Assembly (NCBI GenBank): GCA_942492915.1
Contig: OW818662.1
Coordinates: forward strand, 3,693,257-3,757,256
DNA length: 64,000 nucleotides
DNA from: an uncultured Leptospiraceae bacterium
GTDB lineage: Bacteria; Spirochaetota; Leptospiria; Turneriellales; Turneriellaceae
Direction of reading: 5' to 3'
Shown here: positions 12,897 through 22,491 of the stretch, piece by piece
Layout of the letters: every line of letters starts with the position of its first letter
Position numbering within the stretch: the first letter of the stretch is position 1
The notes under the pieces: model-generated
Seen by the model: the letters and a program-made list of their open reading frames with translations, nothing else
Told to the model about the DNA's origin: nothing
Database searches by the model: none
Translations under genes and position numbers: made by a program

Positions 12897-13319
12897 CTAG
12901 GTAACTGGCATCATCTGCGGGTTGAAGACAATTTCCCACAGGTGGCCGTCCGGGTCTTGAAAGTAACCTGCGTAGCCACCCCAGAAGGTCTCGGCTGCCG
13001 CTTTGATAATTGCAGCTCCGGCTCGCTCCGCTTCGGCCATCACGTGATCGACTTCTTCACGACTCGAAACGTTGTATCCGAGTGTGAATTCAGTAGCTGA
13101 ATAGGGGCCAACCGGCAAATTAGAATCATGAGCGATGCTCTTGCGTGGCCAAAGGGCCAGTCTTAGGCCGCCTGAGAGTTCAAAGAAAGCCACCGCGCCA
13201 TTTTCAAATTCACGGCCCACGATGCCTTCAGTCGAAAGGCCGAGACCGTTTCGGTAGAAATGCACCGCGCGTTCAAGGTCTGTGACGCCGAGTGTGATGA
13301 CCGATATACGCGGCTTCAT
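12897..13319 (-). CDS. VOC (glyoxalase/bleomycin-resistance/dioxygenase) family protein.
   Basis: 140 aa. MKPRISVITLGVTDLERAVHFYRNGLGL ... GHLWEIVFNP. A typical paired beta-alpha-beta-beta-beta VOC fold signature. Confidence 0.8.
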   Translation of the reverse strand: MKPRISVITLGVTDLERAVHFYRNGLGLSTEGIVGREFENGAVAFFELSGGLRLALWPRKSIAHDSNLPVGPYSATEFTLGYNVSSREEVDHVMAEAERAGAAIIKAAAETFWGGYAGYFQDPDGHLWEIVFNPQMMPVT

Positions 13320-13343
13320 GGCGCTTCTGCGAGCCGTTGTATG

Positions 13344-13523
13344 TCAGCCTGTCTTTTGACAAGTACCGAGTGGCCTTTGTAATGAAATGTGCTGCTGTTC
13401 AACCGCCGCCTTTGACTTGACAGGTGATTTTATACCCGACTGCACACCGACAAACAGCAATAACAACAGCGCAGGGCTGAAGATTGCGAAGATTATCCAG
13501 AAGGGCAGAGTGATCATAACCAT
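13344..13523 (-). CDS. Mini membrane protein, paralog 1 (59 aa).
   Basis: MVMITLPFWIIFAIFSPALLLLLFVGVQSGIKSPVKSKAAVEQQHISLQRPLGTCQKTG. Not in the supplied ORF track (shorter than 60 aa). Sits 24 nt upstream of the VOC start. Confidence 0.45.
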   Translation of the reverse strand: MVMITLPFWIIFAIFSPALLLLLFVGVQSGIKSPVKSKAAVEQQHISLQRPLGTCQKTG

Positions 13524-13532
13524 TTGAAATCC

Positions 13533-13676
13533 TTATGACGGGTACTTTTCAATCAGCGGCGGTTTCTGTTGCAGCGAGGGCGCCGTGAACATACCGACCC
13601 CGAGAATGAGCAGCAGAATCAGCACGGGACTGACCACCGAAAAAATAATCCAAAACGGAAACGAAAGTACGGTCAT
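13533..13676 (-). CDS. Mini membrane protein, paralog 2 (47 aa).
   Basis: MTVLSFPFWIIFSVVSPVLILLLILGVGMFTAPSLQQKPPLIEKYPS. Shares the P-F-W-I-I-F-x3-S-P-x-L-x-L-L-L core with paralog 1. Only about 9 nt separate the two. Confidence 0.45.
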   Translation of the reverse strand: MTVLSFPFWIIFSVVSPVLILLLILGVGMFTAPSLQQKPPLIEKYPS

Positions 13677-13736
13677 GCGCCAGCCTGTCTGGCGTTCAGC
13701 AAGCGGCAAGTACTTTGATGCAGCGCATACGCGCGG

Positions 13737-15638
13737 CTATTGCAAATACTGTGCGCGCAGCCGGCCCTGTTCGCGCCGCGCATGGTCGGCGCCGAGGCCA
13801 TGTTTTTCGGCCGTACCGTAAACACTCAATGCTCCCTGTATATCGTGTTCTGATTCGAGAAAGCTGGCATACTGCGAATAGAATTGCGCGAGCGGCAGGC
13901 TGTTTCTGCCGGCTTCAATAATCGCGAGCTCGCGCTTCTGTTTCTCGAAATCTGATTCGAGTTTCAGGTAGTTGTTCAGTTCACGGCTGCGCACGTCGTC
14001 AAACAGGCCCTTTTTTGAGACTTGCATATCAGAATAGGTTTTCGCATTTCTCTGGCGGAGTTCAGTAATCAGCGTCTCAAGATCGCGGTGTGCGTCGGCC
14101 GCGCCCTGCATGGTGCGTTTAACCTGCACTTTGTCACTTTTTTTCCCGTAGATATGCATGAGATAACGATTGGCGGTAAACCGCTCTTTGATCCACTGCG
14201 TGCGGTCGGTGACATCGCTCGGGTTGAGCGTGGCGATACTCTTCAGGTACTCTTCAAAGAGCCCCGAAGCGCGCTCGTAGTTGCCGGTTTTTTCAACATG
14301 TAATTTGGCAAGCTGCCAGCTGAGGTTCTGCTTTTCGGGCCCGTTGGGTGTCTCGCTGTGTGCCTTTTCATAAAAGAACGCGGCGTCTACATAACGGCTC
14401 TTCGCATAATAGAGCGCGCCGAGCGATGCGTGCGCTTTGCGAATCTGCTCGGTCTTAAGCTCGAAGCCCGTACGCGGTTTTTCGTTTGCTGATAGCGCCC
14501 GCTCGTATGAATCGATGCTGCGGGAAACATCCTGTGAGGTACGATATTCTTCTGCCAGTTGAAAGTTAATAGCAGGATTTTCAGCGTCAAGACGGGTTGC
14601 CGCTTCAAGCACGTTGGCGTATGCGGTGAATTGCCGGTTTTGGCTGTAGTCGTGCTGCAGGGTTTGGTTAAAGTTGGTCTTGTAGAGCGCCTTCTTGTTC
14701 AGCACTTTTGAGCGCTCTTTAATGGTATCTTCTATCTGTCGCACCAGTACCGACATTTCGATGAGCATATCGGCCGATTTGCGGTTATAGGTCTTCTCGT
14801 GCTCACTGAATTTTTTCTTTGCTTCTTCGAAGGCTGATTTTGCCTTGTCATATTCGCCGCGAACACGCTCGAGGGCCTGCCGGCTCTTTTCTTTTTGGTC
14901 GGCAATCAATTGCTGCTGTTTTTGTTTTTCTGTTTCGACTGTATTGCCGGCGGTCACGCCAGGGATATTGAGCTGCGGCGAACGTGTGCGGTCGTCGAGC
15001 AGCACGAGTTCTTCTTCGAGACGCACCTTCTCGCGTGTCTTTTCGTCGAGCTGCTTTTTCGCGTCTCGGTATTGAGCCGCGTCATTGACTTCGGCATCGC
15101 CGGCTTTGGTTAACTGAAGACGATCACGATCAACATAAATTTCATCGTCTAGCCTGAGGCTGCGGTAGCGCAGCGACTGCGCAAAATGGAACGCCGCGTG
15201 GTAGGGCTTCTTCAGTTTCATCTGCGCCAGCGCGAAGTTATAGTGCAGGGCCGCAATGTTCGGTGCTTCTTTAATAACAAAAGATTTCTGTGTCTTTGCG
15301 AGCAGATCGCGCATGAAGAGCCGCTGCAGGTTGACGTTCCATTCTTTGCGGTACCATGCGGCGTTTGAATCGTTGTCTTGCCGGTTGGCGATTTTTTTCT
15401 CAGAAGGGTCGCTCAAATAAAACTGGTCGAGCTTTTGTCCGAGTTCTTCGGCGACCAGGCGCGGGTTAAAGTTAATTGATGTTGCCGAAGCTTCGATTTC
15501 GTCGATCGTATAAGGCAGATAGCGCTCGAGCTTTTTTTGTACGGGGTTTTCGCGTATTTCTTTTGCGCCAAGATACCCCATGCAAGCGAGCAGAAACGCC
15601 ATTAGAGCAGAAACGTTGAGTACGGGGGATATCCTCAT
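13737..15638 (-). CDS. Lipoprotein with coiled-coil and TPR-like repeats.
   Basis: 633 aa. Signal/lipobox MAFLLACMGYLGA. A Lys/Glu-rich coiled-coil middle. TPR-like helical pairs in the C-terminal half. Confidence 0.6.
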   Translation of the reverse strand: MRISPVLNVSALMAFLLACMGYLGAKEIRENPVQKKLERYLPYTIDEIEASATSINFNPRLVAEELGQKLDQFYLSDPSEKKIANRQDNDSNAAWYRKEWNVNLQRLFMRDLLAKTQKSFVIKEAPNIAALHYNFALAQMKLKKPYHAAFHFAQSLRYRSLRLDDEIYVDRDRLQLTKAGDAEVNDAAQYRDAKKQLDEKTREKVRLEEELVLLDDRTRSPQLNIPGVTAGNTVETEKQKQQQLIADQKEKSRQALERVRGEYDKAKSAFEEAKKKFSEHEKTYNRKSADMLIEMSVLVRQIEDTIKERSKVLNKKALYKTNFNQTLQHDYSQNRQFTAYANVLEAATRLDAENPAINFQLAEEYRTSQDVSRSIDSYERALSANEKPRTGFELKTEQIRKAHASLGALYYAKSRYVDAAFFYEKAHSETPNGPEKQNLSWQLAKLHVEKTGNYERASGLFEEYLKSIATLNPSDVTDRTQWIKERFTANRYLMHIYGKKSDKVQVKRTMQGAADAHRDLETLITELRQRNAKTYSDMQVSKKGLFDDVRSRELNNYLKLESDFEKQKRELAIIEAGRNSLPLAQFYSQYASFLESEHDIQGALSVYGTAEKHGLGADHARREQGRLRAQYLQ

Positions 15639-15711
15639 TTTCGCCTTCTCTCATAATATACGGCAGAAACGGGTGTTTGGGCAAGGCATTTGTGCCCTGC
15701 GCAAAGTGTGT

Positions 15712-15927
15712 TCAGAACTTGAGGCCGATCTGGCCGCTTAGCTGGCAGGTTTTCTGCGTGCGGGCTTCGCGAAAGGCCGCGTAGACCTCGCGGTAACAGG
15801 TGCCGCAGCCGGTAGTGGCGTGCGTTTTGGCGACGAGCTTACGAAAGGTATCAGCCCCTTCGGCGACTGCATCTTCGATGTCTTGCTTGCCGACCCCTTT
15901 GCAGAGGCAGAGCTTGCGCGGACGCAT
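15712..15927 (-). CDS. BFD-like [2Fe-2S]-binding domain protein.
   Basis: MRPRKLCLCKGVGKQDIEDAVAEGADTFRKLVAKTHATTGCGTCYREVYAAFREAR. Four-Cys pattern C-x-C ... C-G-x-C typical of the Bfd-like domain. The longer ORF 15712..16023 probably over-extends upstream. Confidence 0.6.
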   Translation of the reverse strand: MRPRKLCLCKGVGKQDIEDAVAEGADTFRKLVAKTHATTGCGTCYREVYAAFREARTQKTCQLSGQIGLKF

Positions 15928-16035
15928 GAGGCACGCGAGATCCATCTGGTTTGAGGGTACAATAGCCGCGGCGGGCCGGCAAGTATATTTCGGTATAGCC
16001 CTGTACGCCGGGAAGCAGCGCACCTATTCGTCACC

Positions 16036-16404
16036 GTGCGAAACTTTCGCAGTGTGAATCTTACATTCGTGGGTCTTGTTCTGTTCGTTGCAGGCAGCTG
16101 CGCCAGCCCCGAAATGGTATCGCCGACCGACTCGAGCACCGCGCGCTCGCCTATTTCACCGGCCGAAGCGGTGAAGCTTGCAGCGCCCCACCTTGAATTA
16201 TTGTTCCGTCAACGCTGCCAGAGGCGCATTGACAAGCGCTGGTGCGACAAACCCGCAAGAGATTACGTCTTGATCCAAGGCGCATTTTATTACGTCACGC
16301 GTGAAAGTTACCCCTACAAGACCATCAATGCGTATCTTGAACCCGCGGTGCGCGTGCACCGCGAAAGCGGCAAGCTCGTCTTACCCGAGGCATTGCCGCA
16401 GTGA
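16036..16404 (+). CDS. Small lipoprotein, hypothetical.
   Basis: GTG start. Signal/lipobox LVLFVAGSC. 122 aa. Confidence 0.45.
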   Translation: MRNFRSVNLTFVGLVLFVAGSCASPEMVSPTDSSTARSPISPAEAVKLAAPHLELLFRQRCQRRIDKRWCDKPARDYVLIQGAFYYVTRESYPYKTINAYLEPAVRVHRESGKLVLPEALPQ

Positions 16405-16407
16405 AAA

Positions 16408-17160
16408 TTACTTCTTTCGGTTAATTGATTCGCTGCCCGGCGCGCCCGAAATTTCGAGCAGGCCTTGAAAACGATCGGGTTTGCCCGCTTCAGGGTAAGC
16501 GGCATACATCTGCAGCTCAGAGAGGTTTACCGAAGCAAGCGACGCCACCTTGTGATCGAGCGCGATGCGCACGCCCGTGGCGGATGTTTGGTAATTGCTG
16601 AAAGTTGCGCGCGCACCTTTGAGTGGCAGCGTCGAAACCCACATGCGCATTTCACTCAGCTTGCCTTCGTTGTCGACTGTGAACAGATAAGTATCACCAG
16701 GGGTTGAGCCACCCGACTTGAAGCTGACGAGCAGTTTATCGGTTTCGGCTATAGCGCGCACCGCATTGGGCGTATCAATATGAAACGCGGGATTCAGCCA
16801 GTAGGTGTGGTTATAGAATCGTTTGACTGCAGCCGCAGTCAGTTCGCCGCATTCGTCGAACAATCGCCGCTCGCCTTCGAAACAGAGTGACTTGCCGCTG
16901 ACCTCGCTGAACTGCACGAGGTTTTTCTTGAACTGCACTTCGATGAGCCTGCGCTTTTTATCCCAGAATACCCTGTCGTCTTCGCGAAACACGAACGATA
17001 CTGCGCTCGTCGCCTTCCATTTTTCAAAATCAGCAGCCGCGAGCATACGCTGCGTCATTTTCTCTGCGGCCTCACCCGGTTCGCCTTTCGGGAAGCTGCT
17101 GCACTGCGCGAAAACCAGAAGTAAGCCCGGCAGAATATATTTGCCTTTTGTAAGTTGCAT
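16408..17160 (-). CDS. Lipoprotein, hypothetical.
   Basis: MQLTKGKYILPGLLLVFAQCSS lipobox. 250 aa. Confidence 0.55.
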   Translation of the reverse strand: MQLTKGKYILPGLLLVFAQCSSFPKGEPGEAAEKMTQRMLAAADFEKWKATSAVSFVFREDDRVFWDKKRRLIEVQFKKNLVQFSEVSGKSLCFEGERRLFDECGELTAAAVKRFYNHTYWLNPAFHIDTPNAVRAIAETDKLLVSFKSGGSTPGDTYLFTVDNEGKLSEMRMWVSTLPLKGARATFSNYQTSATGVRIALDHKVASLASVNLSELQMYAAYPEAGKPDRFQGLLEISGAPGSESINRKK

Positions 17161-17207
17161 ACTAAGAAAATCTCAATTTTACACAATGCGGCAACTCAAT
17201 TTGCGGG

Positions 17208-17804
17208 TTGGGGGTAAACTGCTGGTTTGCGTTTTGCAAATCAGGCTTGCAGGGTTATCGACCCGGTGCGCGGCTGCATGCGATGCGTTTGGCGTGGCTG
17301 ACTTCGGCGGGTGTGGTGGCTGTGGCCGCACTGGTGAAGGTTATCGCGATGACGAGCTCACCATCTCTTCACCGTTGGTTCTTATTGCCGACAGCGCTGT
17401 CGCTTTCGGTTTTCACGGGCGAGTCTTTTGCAGAGAATAACGCGATCTACATATTTCCCGATTTCGTGCTCGACTATAGCTGCGCCGGCATTAACTTCTT
17501 TGTCATCTGCTCTCTGACGACGGCGATCTTGCTCTCGAATGCAGGTGAAATTTCACGCCCTCACACTCTCTTTGGGTATGTGGTTTTATGGGGTAGGGTG
17601 GCGCTGCTTATTGCCGCGATCTACGCAGCGACCCTGCTCGCCAATTTTGCGCGCGTCGCCCTCTATTTGCGGCTCTTGCCCTTGTCTGAAGGGCGACCTT
17701 GGCTGCACGAAGCTGTCGGCGTCGCCGTGTTTTTATCGATCCTCATTTGCTACGCAACACTTTTGAACAGGATACAAAATGCAAAACAACCAACGCTCTC
17801 TTAA
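17208..17804 (+). CDS. xrtN: Short exosortase-family transpeptidase (XrtN-like).
   Basis: Polytopic, at most 198 aa (likely start MRLAWLTS at 17283). Cys-containing motif FVLDYSCAGINFFVICSL and downstream LLANFARVALYL, which match the exosortase active-site Cys and the conserved Asn...Arg. Overlaps the next gene by 26 nt. Confidence 0.5.
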   Translation: MGVNCWFAFCKSGLQGYRPGARLHAMRLAWLTSAGVVAVAALVKVIAMTSSPSLHRWFLLPTALSLSVFTGESFAENNAIYIFPDFVLDYSCAGINFFVICSLTTAILLSNAGEISRPHTLFGYVVLWGRVALLIAAIYAATLLANFARVALYLRLLPLSEGRPWLHEAVGVAVFLSILICYATLLNRIQNAKQPTLS

Positions 17805-20460
17805 TCTGGGGCTTATTCTCGCTGCGTTTGCGCCCGCCACGATCGCGCTCGTCATCGCGCTACAGATGCTAAGGGTAGCCTGGCCCGATCTCGAGCCGCG
17901 GCAGCGCTATAGTTTTGTCGATGGGTTATTACTGACTCTATTGCCGTTGTTTCTGACCGCTGCTGGTGGTCTGTGGTACCTGCGTCGCGGTGCGCTGGTC
18001 TCGGTGAAGCTACTCGCAGCGGCGTTGATTGCGATCGGGGGGGGATTTTACGCATACCTGCGACTCGTACACATTTCGGTTTCGGTCGCCGATTGGATTT
18101 TCGACCAGGGCGACTATCTGACCGTATTGCTGTCGGCTGTGATTCCGGCGTTCTACTATCTGCTTTGGTACCTTGCGGCGCTGCTGCGTATCTCGAGCCG
18201 CCGTTCGCTCGTGATCAATATTGTCGCGGTCATCGCCTTGCCGCTGTTCATTTATGTATCGCTGAATATTTTTCGCGGCGCGTTTGCGCAATCGCTGGGT
18301 GTGGATTTTCCGCAGATGGTGTCGATTGCGCTGACGACGGTCTTTTCGTTTATCTTGCTGCGCCTCATGCTGTACCTTGGCTCAGCGCGGCTCGGCAAAC
18401 TATCAGACCCGCGTCTCGCCTGGACTCTGCGCCTGGCTTTTATCGGTGTTCTGCCGCTGCTCGGTCTGCTGCTCAACGGCCGCGGTCCGGTTGCGCGCGA
18501 AAGCCAGATGGTGCTTGGCAATTTTACTTCATACCACTTCTGGTTTCTTGCTGCGGTCAATGCAATTGTCTACCTGTTGCCCGACTTCAAGAATCGTGCA
18601 TTGCAGACGATCGCCTTGGCATTGCGCCTCGCGGGGTTTTCCTTTGTGCTCTATTTTTGCGTCGTTTTCATCTTGTTTCTTCCGCTCGCGCTATTGCTGA
18701 TTGCGGCAATTGGTCTTGGTTTCTTGCTTCTGATTCCTTATTTTTCCGCGGCGTTGCAGATTCTGAGATTGCGCGCTGATTTCTCTTTCTTGAGAAAAAG
18801 TCATTCTTTGGCCGGGGCAATCGCCATATTCTCTCTCGGGCTATTGTTTCTGCCCGTCGTCGTCGTCGGCGACATGTATCTCGACCGCCTGCTGCTCTTG
18901 CGCGCGATCGATTATGTGCAGAATCCGCCGCTGAGCGTGAACCAGCAGCCGCGCATCGATGCGGTAACGGTGCTGCGGCTCAGCGAAGTGCGTGCGGGTA
19001 AATCAAGGCGCCGCAGATATGACGGCCACGTGCCGATCTATGACGGTCTTTATCGCAGCATCGTGCTCGATGGCGCCGAGCTTTCTGAAAATCTGCGATT
19101 AAAGCTAAGGCAGGTATTTCTAGGTGAGGGATATCGTTCGCCAGCGCCACCGATCAGCGGCCAGAACCTGGCGCGCGTATCTTCTGTGGTCGTCGCGTCA
19201 AAGCCTGTGGGCAGCCTCACCGAATCAACTTTGCGCGTGCGTATAACCAATGACAGAGCCCGGCGGGCGGTGGCGCTCGATACCGAAATCGCGCTGCCCG
19301 ACCAGGCCTTTCTCACTCAGCATTGGCTGACTATTGACGGTATTGAAGTGCCTGCACAGATCACGACGCGCAGCACCGCGATGTGGGTCTACAACCGCGT
19401 GACTGAAAGATTGCAAGACCCTAGCCTCATTTATTTTGAGCGCGCCAACCTGCTGCGCTGGAAGGTTTTTCCGGTGCCCGCCGCAGGGTTTCGTCTGACG
19501 CGCCTGCATATTCGGCATGCGGGCGATGCGACGGTGAAAATCGGGTCAGAAACGGTTCTGCTCAAGGCGGCTCAGCCAGCGAAACAACTGGTTTCTGCAT
19601 CAGGAAAGTTCGCTCTGCTCGCACCTGCCGCGACAAATGACCTGGTTCGGCGCAAACCTTATCTACACTTTATCGTCGATTGCAGCCTGAACGCGGCGGC
19701 CGACTATCGGCCAGACGCCGGGGTCGCAGCACGCTACCTCGGCCTGAATTTTGACAAAGCGCGAGTGAGTTATGTCGATTCATCTATCCTCACTAACTCT
19801 TTGGACGAAAAGGCACCGCTCGGCTGCGCGGGCAAGCGTCACGGTTTCTTTCTCGAAATGGCGCTACGCTCGTTGATTCACGAACAGCAAAAGGCCGCTG
19901 CAGATTCATTTCCGGTTTTTGTCGTGCTCTCGCCCGTCGCACCGCAAGCTGCATGGAACGACCTCTCGTATCTGATGCCGTATTACGGTGATGCCGATGC
20001 CTTCGTGCACACATCCGATGCCAAAGTGGTCGCCTATAATTTTTGGGGGCAGCGTGTGGCGCAAAAGCCGCGTGTTTCTCTGCCCGTTCGCCGTGTCAAT
20101 GACCGATACTTTGCTGCAGCCGCAAGGCTCGTGCCAGCTGCTGCCGCGGGCGACAAGAATCCGCTGCTCGATGGCGCGGAATTTCATCATGCATACGTAT
20201 TGGGCGAATCGCGCGCGCGGCCAAGAGCGGTTATGTCAGCAATCGAGACGGGAGCGCTCAACGCGGCCGCAGGTTCGATTGTGCTCGAAACCGAAGCGCA
20301 GCGCCTGAAGTTAGCTGAGCTGCATAAGAAAATGCTGTCGGCCAGAAACGAGCTCGATACGGGTGAGCGGCCACGCATGTCTGAACCGGGCTTGCTGCTC
20401 TTGCTGCTACTCATCGTACCGGCTTGGCTGAAGCGCCGGGTTCATTCGCGGCGTGACTAA
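17779..20460 (+). CDS. MSEP-CTERM sorting-domain protein. Very large polytopic N-terminal domain plus a large extracytoplasmic domain.
   Basis: 893 aa. At least 10 predicted TM helices in the first roughly 380 aa. The C-terminus ...ERPRMSEPGLLLLLLLIVPAWLKRRVHSRRD is a literal M-S-E-P motif followed by a hydrophobic helix and a basic cluster (PEP-CTERM-like architecture). Confidence 0.6.
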   Translation: MQNNQRSLNLGLILAAFAPATIALVIALQMLRVAWPDLEPRQRYSFVDGLLLTLLPLFLTAAGGLWYLRRGALVSVKLLAAALIAIGGGFYAYLRLVHISVSVADWIFDQGDYLTVLLSAVIPAFYYLLWYLAALLRISSRRSLVINIVAVIALPLFIYVSLNIFRGAFAQSLGVDFPQMVSIALTTVFSFILLRLMLYLGSARLGKLSDPRLAWTLRLAFIGVLPLLGLLLNGRGPVARESQMVLGNFTSYHFWFLAAVNAIVYLLPDFKNRALQTIALALRLAGFSFVLYFCVVFILFLPLALLLIAAIGLGFLLLIPYFSAALQILRLRADFSFLRKSHSLAGAIAIFSLGLLFLPVVVVGDMYLDRLLLLRAIDYVQNPPLSVNQQPRIDAVTVLRLSEVRAGKSRRRRYDGHVPIYDGLYRSIVLDGAELSENLRLKLRQVFLGEGYRSPAPPISGQNLARVSSVVVASKPVGSLTESTLRVRITNDRARRAVALDTEIALPDQAFLTQHWLTIDGIEVPAQITTRSTAMWVYNRVTERLQDPSLIYFERANLLRWKVFPVPAAGFRLTRLHIRHAGDATVKIGSETVLLKAAQPAKQLVSASGKFALLAPAATNDLVRRKPYLHFIVDCSLNAAADYRPDAGVAARYLGLNFDKARVSYVDSSILTNSLDEKAPLGCAGKRHGFFLEMALRSLIHEQQKAAADSFPVFVVLSPVAPQAAWNDLSYLMPYYGDADAFVHTSDAKVVAYNFWGQRVAQKPRVSLPVRRVNDRYFAAAARLVPAAAAGDKNPLLDGAEFHHAYVLGESRARPRAVMSAIETGALNAAAGSIVLETEAQRLKLAELHKKMLSARNELDTGERPRMSEPGLLLLLLLIVPAWLKRRVHSRRD

Positions 20461-20552
20461 CTATTCAAAAATTTTTTCGCGTCGGGTGAGAAAAAGCGGC
20501 CGTTTTGTGGTATTTAATCAGTAGAGGGTAAGATCCTCAACTGGAGAATAGC

Positions 20553-20927
20553 ATGGCTAACATTGAAATGACGTTTGCACTTTCTGCGCCCGCCCGGCGC
20601 GCTTTGTCGAATCTGCCTTCGGCACGCAGTTTCGAGCTCATCGCCGAGCGCTTCATCGACAAGCTGCAGCACGAACGCTACCGTGAATTCGCGGTCGAAC
20701 CGGCTTTTTTTACGAGCGCCCACGGGTATCGGCTCGCGCGTGCGGCTGCGCAACGGCCACAGGGAGAAAAACTACATAGAACGCGCGCGCAGCTCACGCT
20801 CAAAACCCTGCGTGCGATGAAACGCTTACAGCAACGCGGTCTGTCGCTTACATGGCAGATCGAAGAGATTTTGTATTTTGCTTTTCGCGAAGGATTTATA
20901 GCAGAAACGCCACCGGAGCACGTGTAG
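20553..20927 (+). CDS. Hypothetical protein.
   Basis: 124-aa ORF with a plausible start. No recognisable motif. Confidence 0.4.
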   Translation: MANIEMTFALSAPARRALSNLPSARSFELIAERFIDKLQHERYREFAVEPAFFTSAHGYRLARAAAQRPQGEKLHRTRAQLTLKTLRAMKRLQQRGLSLTWQIEEILYFAFREGFIAETPPEHV

Positions 20928-21005
20928 AGTCGGCACGACTTAAAGTAATGACACGTGTGTCATAAAAAGTCTGGACGCCTTGTCCGCAAGGCGGCATTTG
21001 CACTC

Positions 21006-22043
21006 ATGCAAGTGCAACTCGAAAAAGCCCGCGCCGCCGCAAACTTCACCCGCTTTCGCGGCGAAAAAACCGGGGGTCACTACGAAAGCTATTTCATGCG
21101 GGCCAACGACGCAGCAACCGGCCACGCATTCTGGGTGCGCTACACAATCTACCAGGGTGAGAAGGGCGCTGGTATGAAAGAACCAATGGGCGAACTTTGG
21201 GCTATCTGGTTTGAAAAGGGCCAGGCACCTGTCGCGGCAAAGTCTGAGTTTCCTCTCTTTCGCACGAAATATTCCAATACAAACTTTGAGCTCGACTTCG
21301 ACGGTTCGACGCTGAACTCGAGCGCGTTAAAAGGTTCCGCCGGCAACCGCGGCGACAGCAAGATCGAGTGGAACCTGTCGATGAAGCCTATGGCGGCTGC
21401 GAAAAATTCACAGCCGATTTTTCCGATGCCACTCGCGACTTACGATGCGCCTTTGCCAAGGGCGAAATTACTCGTCGCGCAGCCCTTTGTGACCTTCACC
21501 GGCCATTTTACGGTAAACGGCAAGAAGCACAACATCGGCGACTGGCAGGGCAGCCAAAACCATAACTGGGGCTCGCGCCACACCGATGAATACGCCTGGG
21601 GTCAGGTCGCTGGTTTTGATAACGACCCGGATAGTTTTCTCGAGGTTGCATCGGCGAAGCTGAAGCTTGGGCCTGTGATGACGCCTTACCTTACGCCGAT
21701 TACGCTACGCCACAAGGGTATTGATTTTGTGCTGAACACCTACTGGCAGGCATTTCGCAATCATGCGGATGTCAAATATTTCGACTGGTCTTTCTCTGGC
21801 GAGAACTCTGACCTCAAAATCGAAGGCCGCATTTTCGCTGACCGGCAAGATTTTGTGGCGCTGAACTATTACAACCCACCGGGCGACGTCAAAACCTGCC
21901 TGAACACCAAAGTGGCTTCATGCGAATTGAAACTGACCGAAAAGGGCCGCATCGGACTCACGGCAAATCTGACGACACGCAATCGTGCGGCGTTTGAAAT
22001 ATTGACCAGCAAGACCGACCACGATTTTACGGCATTATTCTAG
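21006..22043 (+). CDS. Hypothetical protein.
   Basis: About 345 aa from MQVQLEKARAAANF. W/Y-rich beta-type composition. No motif recognised. Confidence 0.5.
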   Translation: MQVQLEKARAAANFTRFRGEKTGGHYESYFMRANDAATGHAFWVRYTIYQGEKGAGMKEPMGELWAIWFEKGQAPVAAKSEFPLFRTKYSNTNFELDFDGSTLNSSALKGSAGNRGDSKIEWNLSMKPMAAAKNSQPIFPMPLATYDAPLPRAKLLVAQPFVTFTGHFTVNGKKHNIGDWQGSQNHNWGSRHTDEYAWGQVAGFDNDPDSFLEVASAKLKLGPVMTPYLTPITLRHKGIDFVLNTYWQAFRNHADVKYFDWSFSGENSDLKIEGRIFADRQDFVALNYYNPPGDVKTCLNTKVASCELKLTEKGRIGLTANLTTRNRAAFEILTSKTDHDFTALF

Positions 22044-22107
22044 TTTCGGCTGACACCCCAAACTAAAATTGCGGTTGCAGACGCAGCCGCCGGGTGTGGC
22101 GTAGCCC

Positions 22108-22491
22108 ATGCTAATTGAACTTATTGTAATGTTTGTGGTCTTTTGTTTTCTTTTGTACGGGCTGAACAAGTCAATGCCTGATTTTCATATTGAAGCGGGC
22201 GCCATTCCCGTCGCGGCGCTGGTGCTGGTCGCGGTCAATGTGGTTGTGGGCTTCTTGCTGGGCGGCACCGCTTCAGTCATGAATCTGCTCACTTTGGGAA
22301 TTCTGAAAAAGGTGCTGAATTTTATCTCGCTCGGTCTCTTTAGCCTGATTGTCGGGTTTTTCTTCAATGTCATTATCTTTTGGGTAGCAGACAAGCTGAC
22401 AGACCGCCTCACCATCAAATCAGCCAGAACGCTGATGGTCAGCGCTGCCGCGCTGCAATTTACCAACTTCGTGATCAAGAAATTTGTATGA
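22108..22491 (+). CDS. Four-TM small membrane protein, phage-holin-family-like.
   Basis: 127 aa, four hydrophobic helices, GFFFNVIIFWVADKL segment. Resembles the widespread 'phage holin family / YvlD-like' membrane proteins. Confidence 0.45.
   Translation: MLIELIVMFVVFCFLLYGLNKSMPDFHIEAGAIPVAALVLVAVNVVVGFLLGGTASVMNLLTLGILKKVLNFISLGLFSLIVGFFFNVIIFWVADKLTDRLTIKSARTLMVSAAALQFTNFVIKKFV

Noticed and set aside
22108-22491. The holin-like gene as an indicator of a prophage.
   Set aside because: No integrase, terminase, capsid, tail or lysin genes anywhere nearby. Small four-TM 'holin-family' proteins are common chromosomal genes.
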